Part shown: in pieces, positions 29,604-44,371 of the stretch
Position numbering within the stretch: position 1 is the first letter of the stretch
How the letters are laid out: each line of letters opens with the position of its first letter
Assembly (NCBI RefSeq): GCF_009914755.1
Contig: NC_060927.1
Source of the DNA: the human T2T-CHM13v2.0 reference genome, Homo sapiens
DNA length: 64,000 nt
Direction: 5' to 3' (one strand)
Translations under genes and position numbers: made by a program
Notes under the pieces: generated by a model
What the model saw: the letters and a program-made list of their open reading frames with translations, nothing else
Told to the model about the DNA's origin: nothing
Databases searched by the model: none

Positions 29604-30796
29604 AGATGTGCTAAGAGAGAAGCCACCTACAAAAAGAATTGCCACCAAACTACCAACTTGTGACCAACAGCTATTTTGTTCAGCATGCTCAATAATTGAT
29701 TTTAGTCTGATTACATCGGACGTTCCATAATCAGGTGCTGAATATTTTCCCCAGCGCGACTTTATTGAGTACAAAATAAATAAATGCCCTCTTATGCTTC
29801 CATAATATGAAGGCATTTATCCACTCAGTAGAGATTTATTCAGTAACGTCTGCAGGCTTGGCATTGGAGTAGATGCTTTAAAAAAAAAAAAAAGGAATGA
29901 TACGCTCTACCTTGCAAGTTTTTCAGAGAGACAGGACTTGTGTGTGTGAAAAGTGCAATAGAGTTTGCAAGGCAGCATACAGTCCCATTAGCATTTGTAT
30001 TGCTTCATATTTCTAGACTAAGTGATGTTGCAGAACACCAGTATTCTGTTCTATACAATCCGTTCACATTTCTAAGAGCATGAGCGTTCATTTGTCTTTT
30101 CAATTGTTTCCCACTTTCTCTGCATACACAATACTTGCTGGTAGAAATTGCGAGGGCTGTAAGTTGGTAGGTTCTCTGTAATCAAGGAAAATAAATAGTT
30201 TCTGACACTAGATCTTTGAAATGGTGTCTGAATATGCACACTTTGGGGCTTTAGGAGGCATCTCTTTGGCTGTATAAATTACTGGAAGCAAGCTGTGTGG
30301 GATGAAGCAGGAGAGCTTGTGGAATGTCATTGTTTTAGAGATTGTAGGGCTCTGTGGGAAGTGATTCTAGCTTTGGAACCTTTACACAGCCAAGATTCTT
30401 GGAGCCAGATGTAGGGAGTCTGGTTTCTCTTCATACATGTACACTGTATGGAATAATATTTAAGATGTTATTATGCCAGAATTGTTGTAGTGAGTTCCTT
30501 GAGTGGAACTGTGTCCCCTTCTCTGTGCATTTCTTGTAGAGAAGTTAAGTCAAATCAACAGGCAGTGCCTGCGGAGCTCGGAAACTGTTGGTGAACGTGG
30601 TATTCTGGAATCCACGAGGCCAGCCTTTCCCAGAACATCCTTTGAGGAGCAGTACTCCTGGAAGATGCTCCACCTCGATCAAGTCCTGGAAAGTGATGTC
30701 TAGTCTAGCACAGCTTCCTCTTAGAGACTGACAGTGTGCTTTAACATAATAAAGGCTCTCTGATAAAGACTGAAGTAAAAAGAATCTGTCATTTTC

Positions 30797-31086
30797 TTTT
30801 CTGTTTAGAGACAAGGTCTTTCTCTGTCACCCAGGCTGGAGTGCGGTGTCATGGTCATAGCTCACTGCAGCCTGGAGCCTCCTAGGCTCAAGGAATTCTC
30901 TCATCTTAGCCTCCAAGTAGCTGAGACTACAGGCACGCATCACCAAGCCTGGCTATTTTCAAATTTTTAGTAGGAACAGGGTCTCACTGTGTTGTCCAGG
31001 CTGGTCTTGAACTCCTGGCCTCAGGTGACCCTCTGGCCTCGGCCTCCCAAAGTGCTGGGATTATAGGCGTGAGCCACCACCGGGCC
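30797..31086 (-). mobile_element. AluJ
   Basis: gtcatagctcactgcagcc and ctcactgtgttg J-type diagnostics. Confidence 0.87.
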
Positions 31087-31438
31087 CATTTTCTAACATA
31101 GTATTCCAGAAATATCATTGTCACCCTGGATCTTTTTTTCCTTTAAATGTCAATTGTCCCACAGAAACATTGTTTTCCATATGCAAATTGAGGATGTTGA
31201 TTTTGCATATCTGTCCTCAAAGCCCTCATCTACGTGTATGTATGTATGAATCTGTAGGACTTAAAAAATTTTGTTTTGGTGTTCTCTGCCATTCTTAAGG
31301 ACTTGAATGATTAGATAAATGAGGCCTAAAGAGGAAACCATGCATGTGAGTTATAGGAATTATGATGAGTAGGCAGTGGCTTGGGTTGTACCAGAAACAC
31401 CATGGCCCCAGGTTGAAGCCCAGTCACTACCACTTTCT

Positions 31439-31759
<321 letters not shown>

Positions 31760-33343
31760 TAGCTATGCCTTTAGGCAAACATTTGTTCTCTCAAAGTCTT
31801 AATTGCCAGAGCTGTTATATGAGAATGATTATTTGTTCTAACTCTTAAGGTTGTTGTAGATAAAGAGAAATAATGAATGTAAAGCACTAGTATAGTGAAT
31901 GGTCCTTTATAAGCTCCCAGTAGATATTAACTGTTACTATTATTTGAGGAACAGATTGCTTCTAGCATTTGAGGTAGACCTTTACGAGTCCTATCTGGGC
32001 ATTAGAGGCAGGGACTGCAGTCATTTTTGCTAAGTTTTCAGAGGTTCTGTTGGTGAAATGAAAGAGATCACAACTGATATCAGGGTAACACCTGGAAACA
32101 TTACCATCTCCCTAAGATGTATGTACGTTCGTGTCTGTGAGTAGTGGTCCTGAAGGAATGGGAAAGAAAAACAGCAACTCAAACCTGAGGTGACTTCTCC
32201 AGTTTGGTGTCAGATGTCCATGATTGACTCTTCTTCTGCGACTGTTTCTTTGGAGGTCACTTTGGGGTGTATGTCTTTAGGTCTCTTTCACCTTTCGGAG
32301 CAGACCGTACCACCTGAAGTCCTGTTGATTATAGAGAATCATATGTATCACAATTCTTGGGGCAAAAAAAATGATTCATGTCTGAGAGATGATTTAACTT
32401 TGGGCCTATTTGGGAAACCAGCTTCTTAGGTTTAGTGCAACATCTTCTTGTGCTCCTTACCCAGGTCAGGATGAGGCCAGGCTCCCAGAAGTTTGCTGAG
32501 AAATTCCATATTGGCATCTCCTGACCCCATCCAGCTCCACATGGGAGGAGAAGTAGATTAAAGATTAGCTGTGTGGGAATATGGCCTGTTCCTATTACCT
32601 GCCACAGAGGAGTCCAGCTGTGGTTTGACAGCATCTGACACTGTGTCAGAAACACAGCAGCCAGCTGGAAACCGATCAGCACCACTCTAGTTCCTGCCAC
32701 TCACCCTACCTAGGTTACTCTTTGCTGAAATGCTTACTGTGATATATTTAAATACTTATTTATAATTTAATCATTTATATATCTGATACAAATGTGCCGA
32801 ATTTGATATATACACAGATCCAAATCGTAAAATACACATACCAAATTATATATAAAAATATGAAAATTGACATATGCAATATATCAACATTTGAATACAA
32901 TGTGTTTTCGAAATGCAGATCACTTTTTCTGGTTGTAAAAATAATCATGCTTGTACAAATGTCAAGCAACATGAGGGACTATTAAGGAAAAGGGGATCCT
33001 ACCCTCTGGAGGGAACCAGTAAGGTTTGCCTTTCTGCTGTCGGAAGTTTTAAAAACACTTACAAATATGTTACCTGAATAAAACGAAACTACTATAAAGT
33101 GGTTTTGACCCTAGTAATATGTAATAATCATGTCTTGATATTAGAAGATACAGATTTTCCTCATCCTTTTTAACTACTTCATAGTTGACACTAAATGGCG
33201 GTGCCATAATTCATAGTAGGTAGCTATTTATGGATTTATTAGAGTAACTTCAGATTGTCATCCTCTGATAAAAAATACTGATATGTTGTATTGATATGTT
33301 TATGCCCGTATCCACTTATCCACATTATTTTTTAAAAGTCTTA

Positions 33344-33676
<333 letters not shown>

Positions 33677-33985
33677 CTAGGTTAACAAGTATACTCAGTT
33701 TTAATTTTGAAAGGCTGTTGTTCATGTAATTCTCTTAACCAAGTACACAGGTAATCAGTTGACCATATTCTCATTAACACAGGGCATTTTTGTTGTTGTT
33801 GTTGTTTAGGAGTCATTATTTTATCTCACAAGTTTCTTGTGCTTTTATGATATTCTTTCTCTTTCCTACATGTAGTAGCCAAAGTACTTCATATACTTCA
33901 ACTGTTTGAGTTATGTAACAGAGTCAGTAAGAAGCAGAATAAGGAATGTTAACCTCTAAACATACCAAGATAATTTTTTAAATGT

Positions 33986-34279
33986 GTTTATTTATTTATT
34001 TGAGACAGGATCTTGCTCTGTCTCTGAGGCTAGAGTGCATTTAGTGCAATCATAAGTCACTGCAGCCTCGAACTCTTGAGCTGAGACAATCCTTCCATCT
34101 CAACCTCCTGAGCAGCTAGGACAGGTGCATGCCACCTTGCCCTACTAATTTTTAGTTTTTTGTAGAGACAGGGTTCACTATGTTGTCCAGGTTGGTCTTG
34201 AACTCCTGGCCTCAAGCAGTCCTCCCATCTCAGCCTCCCAGTGTGCTGGGATTACAGGCATAAGCCACCACACCCAGCC
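33986..34279 (-). mobile_element. AluJ
   Basis: Diverged dimer with (TTTA)n tail. Confidence 0.85.
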
Positions 34280-34961
34280 ATAAAAATGTTAGTAACTATT
34301 TTAAAGCCCCAAATCACTATGGTAATTTACATTCTTGGGCTACTATTTACTGACACTGTTTTGCTAAACTGGGATTCAACTGACTGTTGCAATTATACAG
34401 AGGCAGAGTTAAAGCTCAGATTTTCAGGTCATCAGAAAAATAGAGATTTTCAGAGCATCGTCACATGTTTCTCATCTCTTATCTTCCTACCTCTTGATCC
34501 ATACCCGAGTGACCTGACTACCAACCAGACAGAGTTTTAATCTCCCTCAGGTTTCATGGAAGGTGGTGTACAGAGTATCTAAAATTCATAGATAACCTTC
34601 CTATTGGTTTATCTTCTCAACATTAATGCAGATGACTAGAAATCACACATGAAAAAAACCCCTTTCCCTTGGGTGATTTAAAGAGTGTTTATCTTTGGTG
34701 CAGACTCTCAACTAAAATTTTTTTTGGTAGCATATATCAAGAGGTTTTCAAGGGTTGAGGAGTATAAGCAGGTAGGTTACCACTCGATGAAAAGTGATTG
34801 GTAATGGAGGAAAGACCGTGAAACTCATGTTTGCTCTTTACTGATAGCCAAACCCAAAGAGAATTAATGTCACTTCTATATCTGCTTGAAATCAATATTA
34901 TTAATTTCTAGTATCTCAGAATTTCAACTTATAGAGTATAACTGTGTCAGGCACCATATAG

Positions 34962-35177
<216 letters not shown>

Positions 35178-37497
35178 CAAGGCACATTCTTACAGTGGGA
35201 AAGAATATCATTACAAGGGTTGCTCAAAAAATAAGTTTCCTATGATGTTTTTAATTTGCCGGTCAAGGTTTCAGTATATTTTAAGCAACTTTTTCAATTA
35301 CAGTAATAACCAGTATTTTGGGGTGTTTATTCGATAAGTGGATTATTGTAGCAACTCTCATGACAGCTGTAAGAGGTTTATTGTCAGTGTTGTCTTTATT
35401 GTCAGTTGTTGTCAGAGTTGGGGGAATTGAGTCTCAAGGAGGTTAAGTTACTTGCCCAAAGTCAACCAGCTAACCAGAGCCCAGAACCCAAACCTGAAGG
35501 TCTGCCCAACTCTTAAAGTCCTTGCACTTGCCTATGAGGTTCTGCTGACTTCCGTTGTCATAGGACAGATTGAAAATCCATCTAGTATCAGGTAGGCCTT
35601 TTAGTATCCTTTGGAAAAAGTTAAAATTCAGCATGATTGCTGTGCTGCCTCCTTTCCTGAAATGTTACACCCTACTCTGATGTGCTTTATTGGCCGGAAA
35701 TCTTCTTTCCATAAACTGCATCAAGTTGGTGATGCTTTATGCAACAGAAAGAGAAATAATTTACCATAAACACAGCAAATCATTGGATAAATCTATCTTG
35801 ATATTTTCACATAATGGTATTCTCTACAGTAATAAAAATGAACTACTACTTGGACAAACATGGGTGAATCTCAGATATAACGACGAGTGAAAGAAGGTGA
35901 GACAAGATTCTGGTGTATGTTTCCATTAATGCCTATGGAATATGGGGCTATCAACTGGAGGGTCTTAAGGAAGCCTTCTAGAGTTCTGGAAATTTTTGTC
36001 TTCATCTGGCTGAGGTTGCATGGGTGTATACAGATGTGAAAATGCATCTGACTATATACTTAACATTTGTGTAGCTTACTGGTTTATGTTACACCTCAAT
36101 GAAAAATAAAGATAACAGGCAAATCACAACACACATTTCTTCTGGGACCTCAATGTCTAATGGGAAGACCATTTTAAACTAAGGACTTCCACGTTTTAGA
36201 GTTGTTTCCTAATGAGACTTCTTATAAGTCACCCAGCTTACAAGTGGATCAGTGACCTGACAGTCTTGAGGAGCTAATGCACAGGCAATAATTTTAAAAT
36301 AATTTTAAAGGTTCACAGGCACCAATTTATATGTCACCATATCTATACACTAAAACACACATACTACATTCACTAGAGAGCTCTTCAGGGTTCTGTGTGT
36401 CTTTACTTTCTATGACACTTGCAGAAGAACGTGTACCCTGAGACTGCTGCTTTATTAGAACCTGGTGACCCAATTATTATTCAAACGGACCATCTTTAGT
36501 CATTTATAGAGGGTTAAATTATGTTTAAGGAGGCAATGAAGCATGCAATACATTTTACAAAGGTTTCATCTGAAAATGTAAGAATAAAGTTTGAGAATTT
36601 AAAGGGGACTTTTCCCAGCTAGCTCACAAACTGCTTGAATTCTGTATATTGTTCTACCAACAGAATCATTGCACTGTGCCTTATATAAATGTTGAACTTC
36701 GCATATTTAACATTCTAAAATAACTGTCACGTTTCTCAGAGCATGCTCAGTCTTTTAAATTACATTTGCAGGGATACCAAGATCTGATTAACACAACACT
36801 TGTAAAAAGCTGTTTCTAGATTTTTGGAGATTTTCCTGTGATGTTTACAGGTATGGTTCATTTACTGTGCCATAAAACTTGTGCAGTTTTTTATCATTAG
36901 AAGCCTCCCCGGTTGGTAACAACTATCAATCTATCAGTCATTCCACAAAGATATTTTGAAGGCTTACTGTGGAAGAGGCACTGGGTTTCCTATTGCAGTA
37001 TATCTTCAAACAAAACAAAACTTGTAGTCTGGTTAACATAGTATTAATACTATATCTACTAATATCACAATTACACAATTCACAGGGTTCGAGCATCTGA
37101 CTGGCAGAAAAATTTCATTTTCTTTTGTCTGTACTTTTGTTTGTCTAATAGATATATTTGCAGTACAATACATCCTAGTATAATTGTTGGCACTTATTAG
37201 GTGCTTAGTAAATATTTGTTGAATGTATGAATTAGTGGGTGAATTAATGAATAGGTGGATGGATGAAGTTTAGCACTGATAATTTTAACAGTAATGTTTA
37301 CTGTTCAGTAATTTCATCAGTGAATTCTTGCCATGTGCCTGGCATCGTGTGAAGTATTTTATGTGGATTATCTCATTGGTCTCTCCTCAGCCCTCTGAGG
37401 AAAGTACAGCCCTAAGAGGGAGGTATTATTAATATCTCCGTTTTCCAGACTGAAGAATCTGAGGCTTAGGACAGTTAAGTAATTTGTTTGTGTAAAA

Positions 37498-37727
37498 CTG
37501 GAATTGGCAAACTTTTTCTATAAAGGGCCAAAGGGCCAGATTGTAATATTTTTGACTTTGCAGGCCATGAGCTCTCTGTTCCAATTGCTTGATTGTGGTT
37601 TTGTAGCACAAAAACAGCCACCAACGATATGTAAATGAGTGGACCTGACTGTGTTCCAATAAAACTTTATTTACAGATGCAGTCTGTGGGTGGGATTTGC
37701 CTTGGTGGTCATAGTGTGCTGGCCCTT
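37498..37727 (-). mobile_element. MER58A, inside a MIR
   Basis: ggcaaactttttctataaagggcc...ctgtgttccaataaaactttatttaca. Confidence 0.8.
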
Positions 37728-37814
37728 GTCACACCTCATCCATGATAGAAGTGTAATTTGAACCAAGGCAACCTGACTTGGAAGACCTTGTGTTTAACCA
37801 GTTAAGAGCAAATT

Positions 37815-37850
37815 CTACACTTGATCTTAGCCAAAAGGCTGAGAAGTGTT
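37815..37850 (-). pseudogene. U2 snRNA 5'-fragment (nt ~1-36), tailless retropseudogene
   Basis: Reverse complement AACACTTCTCAGCCTTTTGGCTAAGATCAAGTGTAG vs U2 ATCGCTTCTCGGCCTTTTGGCTAAGATCAAGTGTAG (33/36). TSD gttaagagcaaattct 37801-37816 / gttaggagcaaattct 37848-37863. May correspond to an annotated RNU2-nP locus (not verified). Confidence 0.9.
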
Positions 37851-38823
37851 AGGAGCAAATTCTGATCTAGAAAAAGGAAAAAGGCTAGAAACTTGCTTTA
37901 GAAGTCCTCGTTAATAATGACGACTATTATTTTTTAAATTTTATGTTTTTTGCTTTTACCTTTCCTTCTTAATTCCATACCACTTTTCAGTCATGGATTA
38001 AAAGAAAATAAAAAGAAATCTCACCACAATGTGATAATCCCCTGGTCTGTATACAGTGGAAAAATAATGCCTGTGTCACAGGCATCTTTTCATTTTACCC
38101 CTGCAGAACAACCCAGGAGGTGTGTGTCATTGTCCACTTGCCCAGAGTGATTAAAGTCACTTACCTCAGGTCACACAGCCAAGACTTGGATCACATCTTT
38201 TGGACATAAATCCCAGAACTCTTTGAACTCTCTAGATACCCTGATTAAAGTCTTCTTTTAGCTTCATCCTCCTTAACGTCTTTTCCCTGCTTCACCTCTT
38301 TAATAGCTATCTGCTTTTCTTCTAGGAAGCAAACATCTTGTTAGCACCAGCTCTGTATTGGCACTAAGATAGAGCTGGGAATACGAAACAAACTAAATAA
38401 AGTGCAAGCCCTGCCCTCAGGGAGCTTCTGGTCCAGTCAAGCGATCAGATTTCTAAACAGGTAATTACAATGAAGGGTAGGAAGTGCAGGAGAGAGGTTG
38501 TGTTACAGGTGGGTGTGAGCATTTCTGACCTGCTTAAATTTCAGAGACTCTCCAGCCTGGATTTCCTCAGCTGACGCAACCAGTTGGGCTGTACCCTGAG
38601 CTTTAGGAATTGACAAACAGACTGGTGCCAGGAAGGAACTAACAAGAGTACTGAGTTAGCAAACATTTGGAATGGGCCAGGGAAGGCCTCCCATGGGAGC
38701 CACATTGAGCTTAGCTCTGATGACTGAGAACTTGCCCTGCAAAGAGCTGAGGAATGAGCGGCCTAATCAGTGGGAACAATGCGGGCAAAGGCCTAGAGGC
38801 AGTGAAATGCTCCGAGTATTTGA

Positions 38824-39272
<449 letters not shown>

Positions 39273-39301
39273 AGATTTATTTTTAAAAGCTCATTCTGAC
39301 T

Positions 39302-39499
39302 CAGTGGTTCTCATCCCTGCCTGCACATCAGAATCATCAAGGGAGCTTTTCAACATCCAGATGCCCAGGCCACACCCTCAGGTCAATCAGAATAGTGTTT
39401 TGTCATTGTTGTAGTCTACTTTTGTTTTTAGTTTTTTGGGTTTTTTTTTAAGCTGGTTAAAGATGATTCCAGTGGGCAGCCAGGGTAAAACAACTACTG
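39302..39499. mobile_element. MER5A-like with internal T-rich stretch
   Basis: cagtggttctca...catcagaatcatc...gatgcccaggccacaccc...gcagccagggt...actactg. Confidence 0.65.
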
Positions 39500-39700
39500 G
39501 TCTATCAGGCAGAGAAAGAATTGGAGGGTACAGCAGAGAAAGCAGGCAAACCAGTTAGGTCAGGCTTCTGGAAGTGGTTTAGGTACAAGATGGTGTTGAT
39601 CCAGGATACGGTTAGACCAGAGGAACTGCAGAGAAGTGGTGGTCATATTTAAGATGCATTTAGGAGGTAGAATCTTCCAGAATTTTGGGCGTCAAGAAAG

Positions 39701-39955
39701 GAAGTGAATGGGTTAGGAAAGGGGTGGAATCAAAATAATTCCTAGGTTTGGGGATTTAGTCTGCTGGATGGAAAAATGTTAAAATTGTATTAAAATAAAA
39801 GAAATAAAATAAAAGATTGTATAAAAAAAAAGATTGAATAAAATAAAAGATTGAAGTGAATGGGTTAGGAAAGGGGTGGAATCAAAATAATTCCTAGGTT
39901 TGGGGATTTAGTCTGCTGGATGGAAAAATGTTAAAATTGTATTAAAATAAAAGAA
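39701..39955. repeat. Perfect 103-bp direct duplication (39701-39803 / 39853-39955) with 49-bp A-rich spacer
   Basis: Direct comparison of the two copies. Confidence 0.93.
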
Positions 39956-39959
39956 TGAA

Positions 39960-40255
39960 GGCCAGGTGCAGTGGCTCACGCCTGTAATCCCAGTGCTTTG
40001 GGAGGCCGAGGTGGGTGGATCACTTGAGGTCAGGAGTTCGAGACCAGCCTGGCCAACATGGTTAAACCCCATCCCTACTAAAAATACAAAAATTAGCCAA
40101 GAATGGTGGCATGCACCTGTAATTCCAGCTACTGGGGAGCCTGAGGCAGGAGAATCGCTTGAACCCAGAGGTGGAGGTTGTAGTGAGCCGAGATAGTGCC
40201 ACTGCACTCCAGCCTGGGTGACAGCAAGACTCCATCTCAAAAAAAAAAAAAGAAA
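39960..40255 (+). mobile_element. AluSx-like
   Basis: Full dimer with A tail. Confidence 0.9.
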
Positions 40256-40346
40256 AAGATTGGAAGATGAAAGATTGGGGTGTGGGTAGACGATTATGAT
40301 TGACTGAATTTAGTTCAGGACTCAAAAATGATTGACCTGTCTATAG

Positions 40347-40744
<398 letters not shown>

Positions 40745-40762
40745 TATAGCTACAGCTTTTAA

Positions 40763-40837
40763 GGATCTTGGATGTGTTAGGAACTGTGCTAAATACTCAC
40801 GGATCTTGGATGTGTTAGGAACTGTGCTAAATACTCA
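40763..40837. repeat. 38-bp-period tandem duplication
   Basis: ggatcttggatgtgttaggaactgtgctaaatactca x2. Confidence 0.95.
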
Positions 40838-42794
40838 TTTAATCCTCTTAACAACCCTATGAGGTTTTTCAGGGGGGTGATCTCAACATTACATATGAGG
40901 AAATTGAGGCACAACTAGATTGTAATTCACTTTCCCATGACTATACAGCTGCTAAGTAGAAGAGCTGGGTTGTGAATCGGGCTCTAGCATCCTGGTTTCA
41001 GAAACCCTGTACTTAACCACTACACTAGTCTTAGGTACCCAGCTTGCAGTTTAAAATGAGCTCATCGTGTTCACCTACAGGGGATCCATCTGCACGTTTT
41101 CTATGGAGTTACTTATTCCCAGGTTACTGTCAATGGCAGTTTTCATAAGATAAGCCTCTTCCTGGCTAAATGTTACCTACACCACCCTCTCCCCTACTGG
41201 GACCATTTTTTTCCATCCAAACTGCTGGAAGAATTGAAAGATCCTGAGCACAGTTGCTTAAATAAGTAGACTACATGCTCTATGAAGAAATCATATTATT
41301 TTCTCAGAGGAGAGAGAGTTGGCCCAGTGAGGAAATGATTGCTGGGAACAAACTTTCTGGTTTTCCATTTTGTTCTGCTACAAGTGGCACGTTCTATCAA
41401 TCAAGGCCTGCCAGGAAAGATTTTGTCTTTCCTCATTGCAATTTAATTTTAACCTCTGTTGAACTCAGGTGCATGTTAAATACAAAGCTGAACTCTTCAG
41501 TTAGCATTAATCTATGTCCTCCTCGAGATGGGGCTGGATTTTGTTTAGACTGCCTCTTCCCAGAAAGGAATTTCCCTAATTTGTGGATTTTGAGATGTTT
41601 GTCTACTTAAATAAGCTATCTGTAACCCCCCACCCTGAAAAAACATAACTTTACTGAGACCCTTAAATCAAATGCTCCGACAGCTTTAACAGTAGCTCCC
41701 TAAAAACAGTTTTCACTAGTTTGTCTGTGAATGAAGTACAATGTTTAGGTGAGTTAGCAGGTTTATTTCATAGAGGATGATGACAAGGAGCTTAAGTTTC
41801 TCTTGTAGTATCAGGCAGCAAACCCCTTCCATGAGCCCATGGTTTGGAATAGGGAATGGCCTGTGAGGTATTGCTTAGGAGAGTGAATTGATACTTAACC
41901 TGCAGAGACTACATTATGAGAGCAATCATTCAGTGCTCCAAGAAAGCACAGAGTAAAACTACCCCCTCTTAAAAGAAAAAAAAGCTTTAGGATATGTAAT
42001 TAGTTTACACTTAATTGCTGTGGATATGAAACAGCAGCACCCACGCCACTGCATAACGCTCTGTGACTTGTTCAGTGGCACCTTTCACTTAGGTTCTGTG
42101 CTGCAATTAATTGGTTTTCTATGTTTGTTTAAACATAAAAGCTACTGAAAATTCTATATCCCAGAATTGATTATCGATGTTTATTTGCTCCATTTGGGGT
42201 TCGCTCATTATTTTTGCCAAGTTTTCTTGGTTGGAACTTGGATTTTAAACAAACTGCTTCTTTTCAAACTCTAGAAACGGTGACATAGCAGCTGAGGTCC
42301 ATGAGGGGCAAGAACTCATCTAGAAGGAGGGGAAATGCCTTTTGATAGCTGATGCAGCAGTGTAAGGAAAATGGTGTTGTGTGGGTTCATTACAGAAGCC
42401 AGGGCCCCCAACCTGTCTTGTGGGAGCTAGAACTAGATCATCAGTTCTATGAGGGCAGAGCACTGTGATTTGTTCAATGACATATTCTATTCCGCTACTC
42501 AGTTCTTGGCATACGGTTATCTACTGATATGGAGCAAATTACTACAAACTCAGCAGCTTAAAATAACACACATTTATCATCTCAGTTTCTGTGTGTCCTC
42601 AGATTCAAGGTTTCTCACAAAGCTACAATCAAGGTGTCAACTGGGACTATGATCTCATCCGAAAGTTCAACTGGGGAATGATTCACTTCTAATTTTACTT
42701 AGATTGCTAGCAGAACCCAGTTCCTCAAGGGCTATTTGACTGAGGAGCTTAGCTTCTCTTTAGCTGTTGGCCAAAGGCTGCTGTCACTTCCTTT

Positions 42795-44371
<1,577 letters not shown>

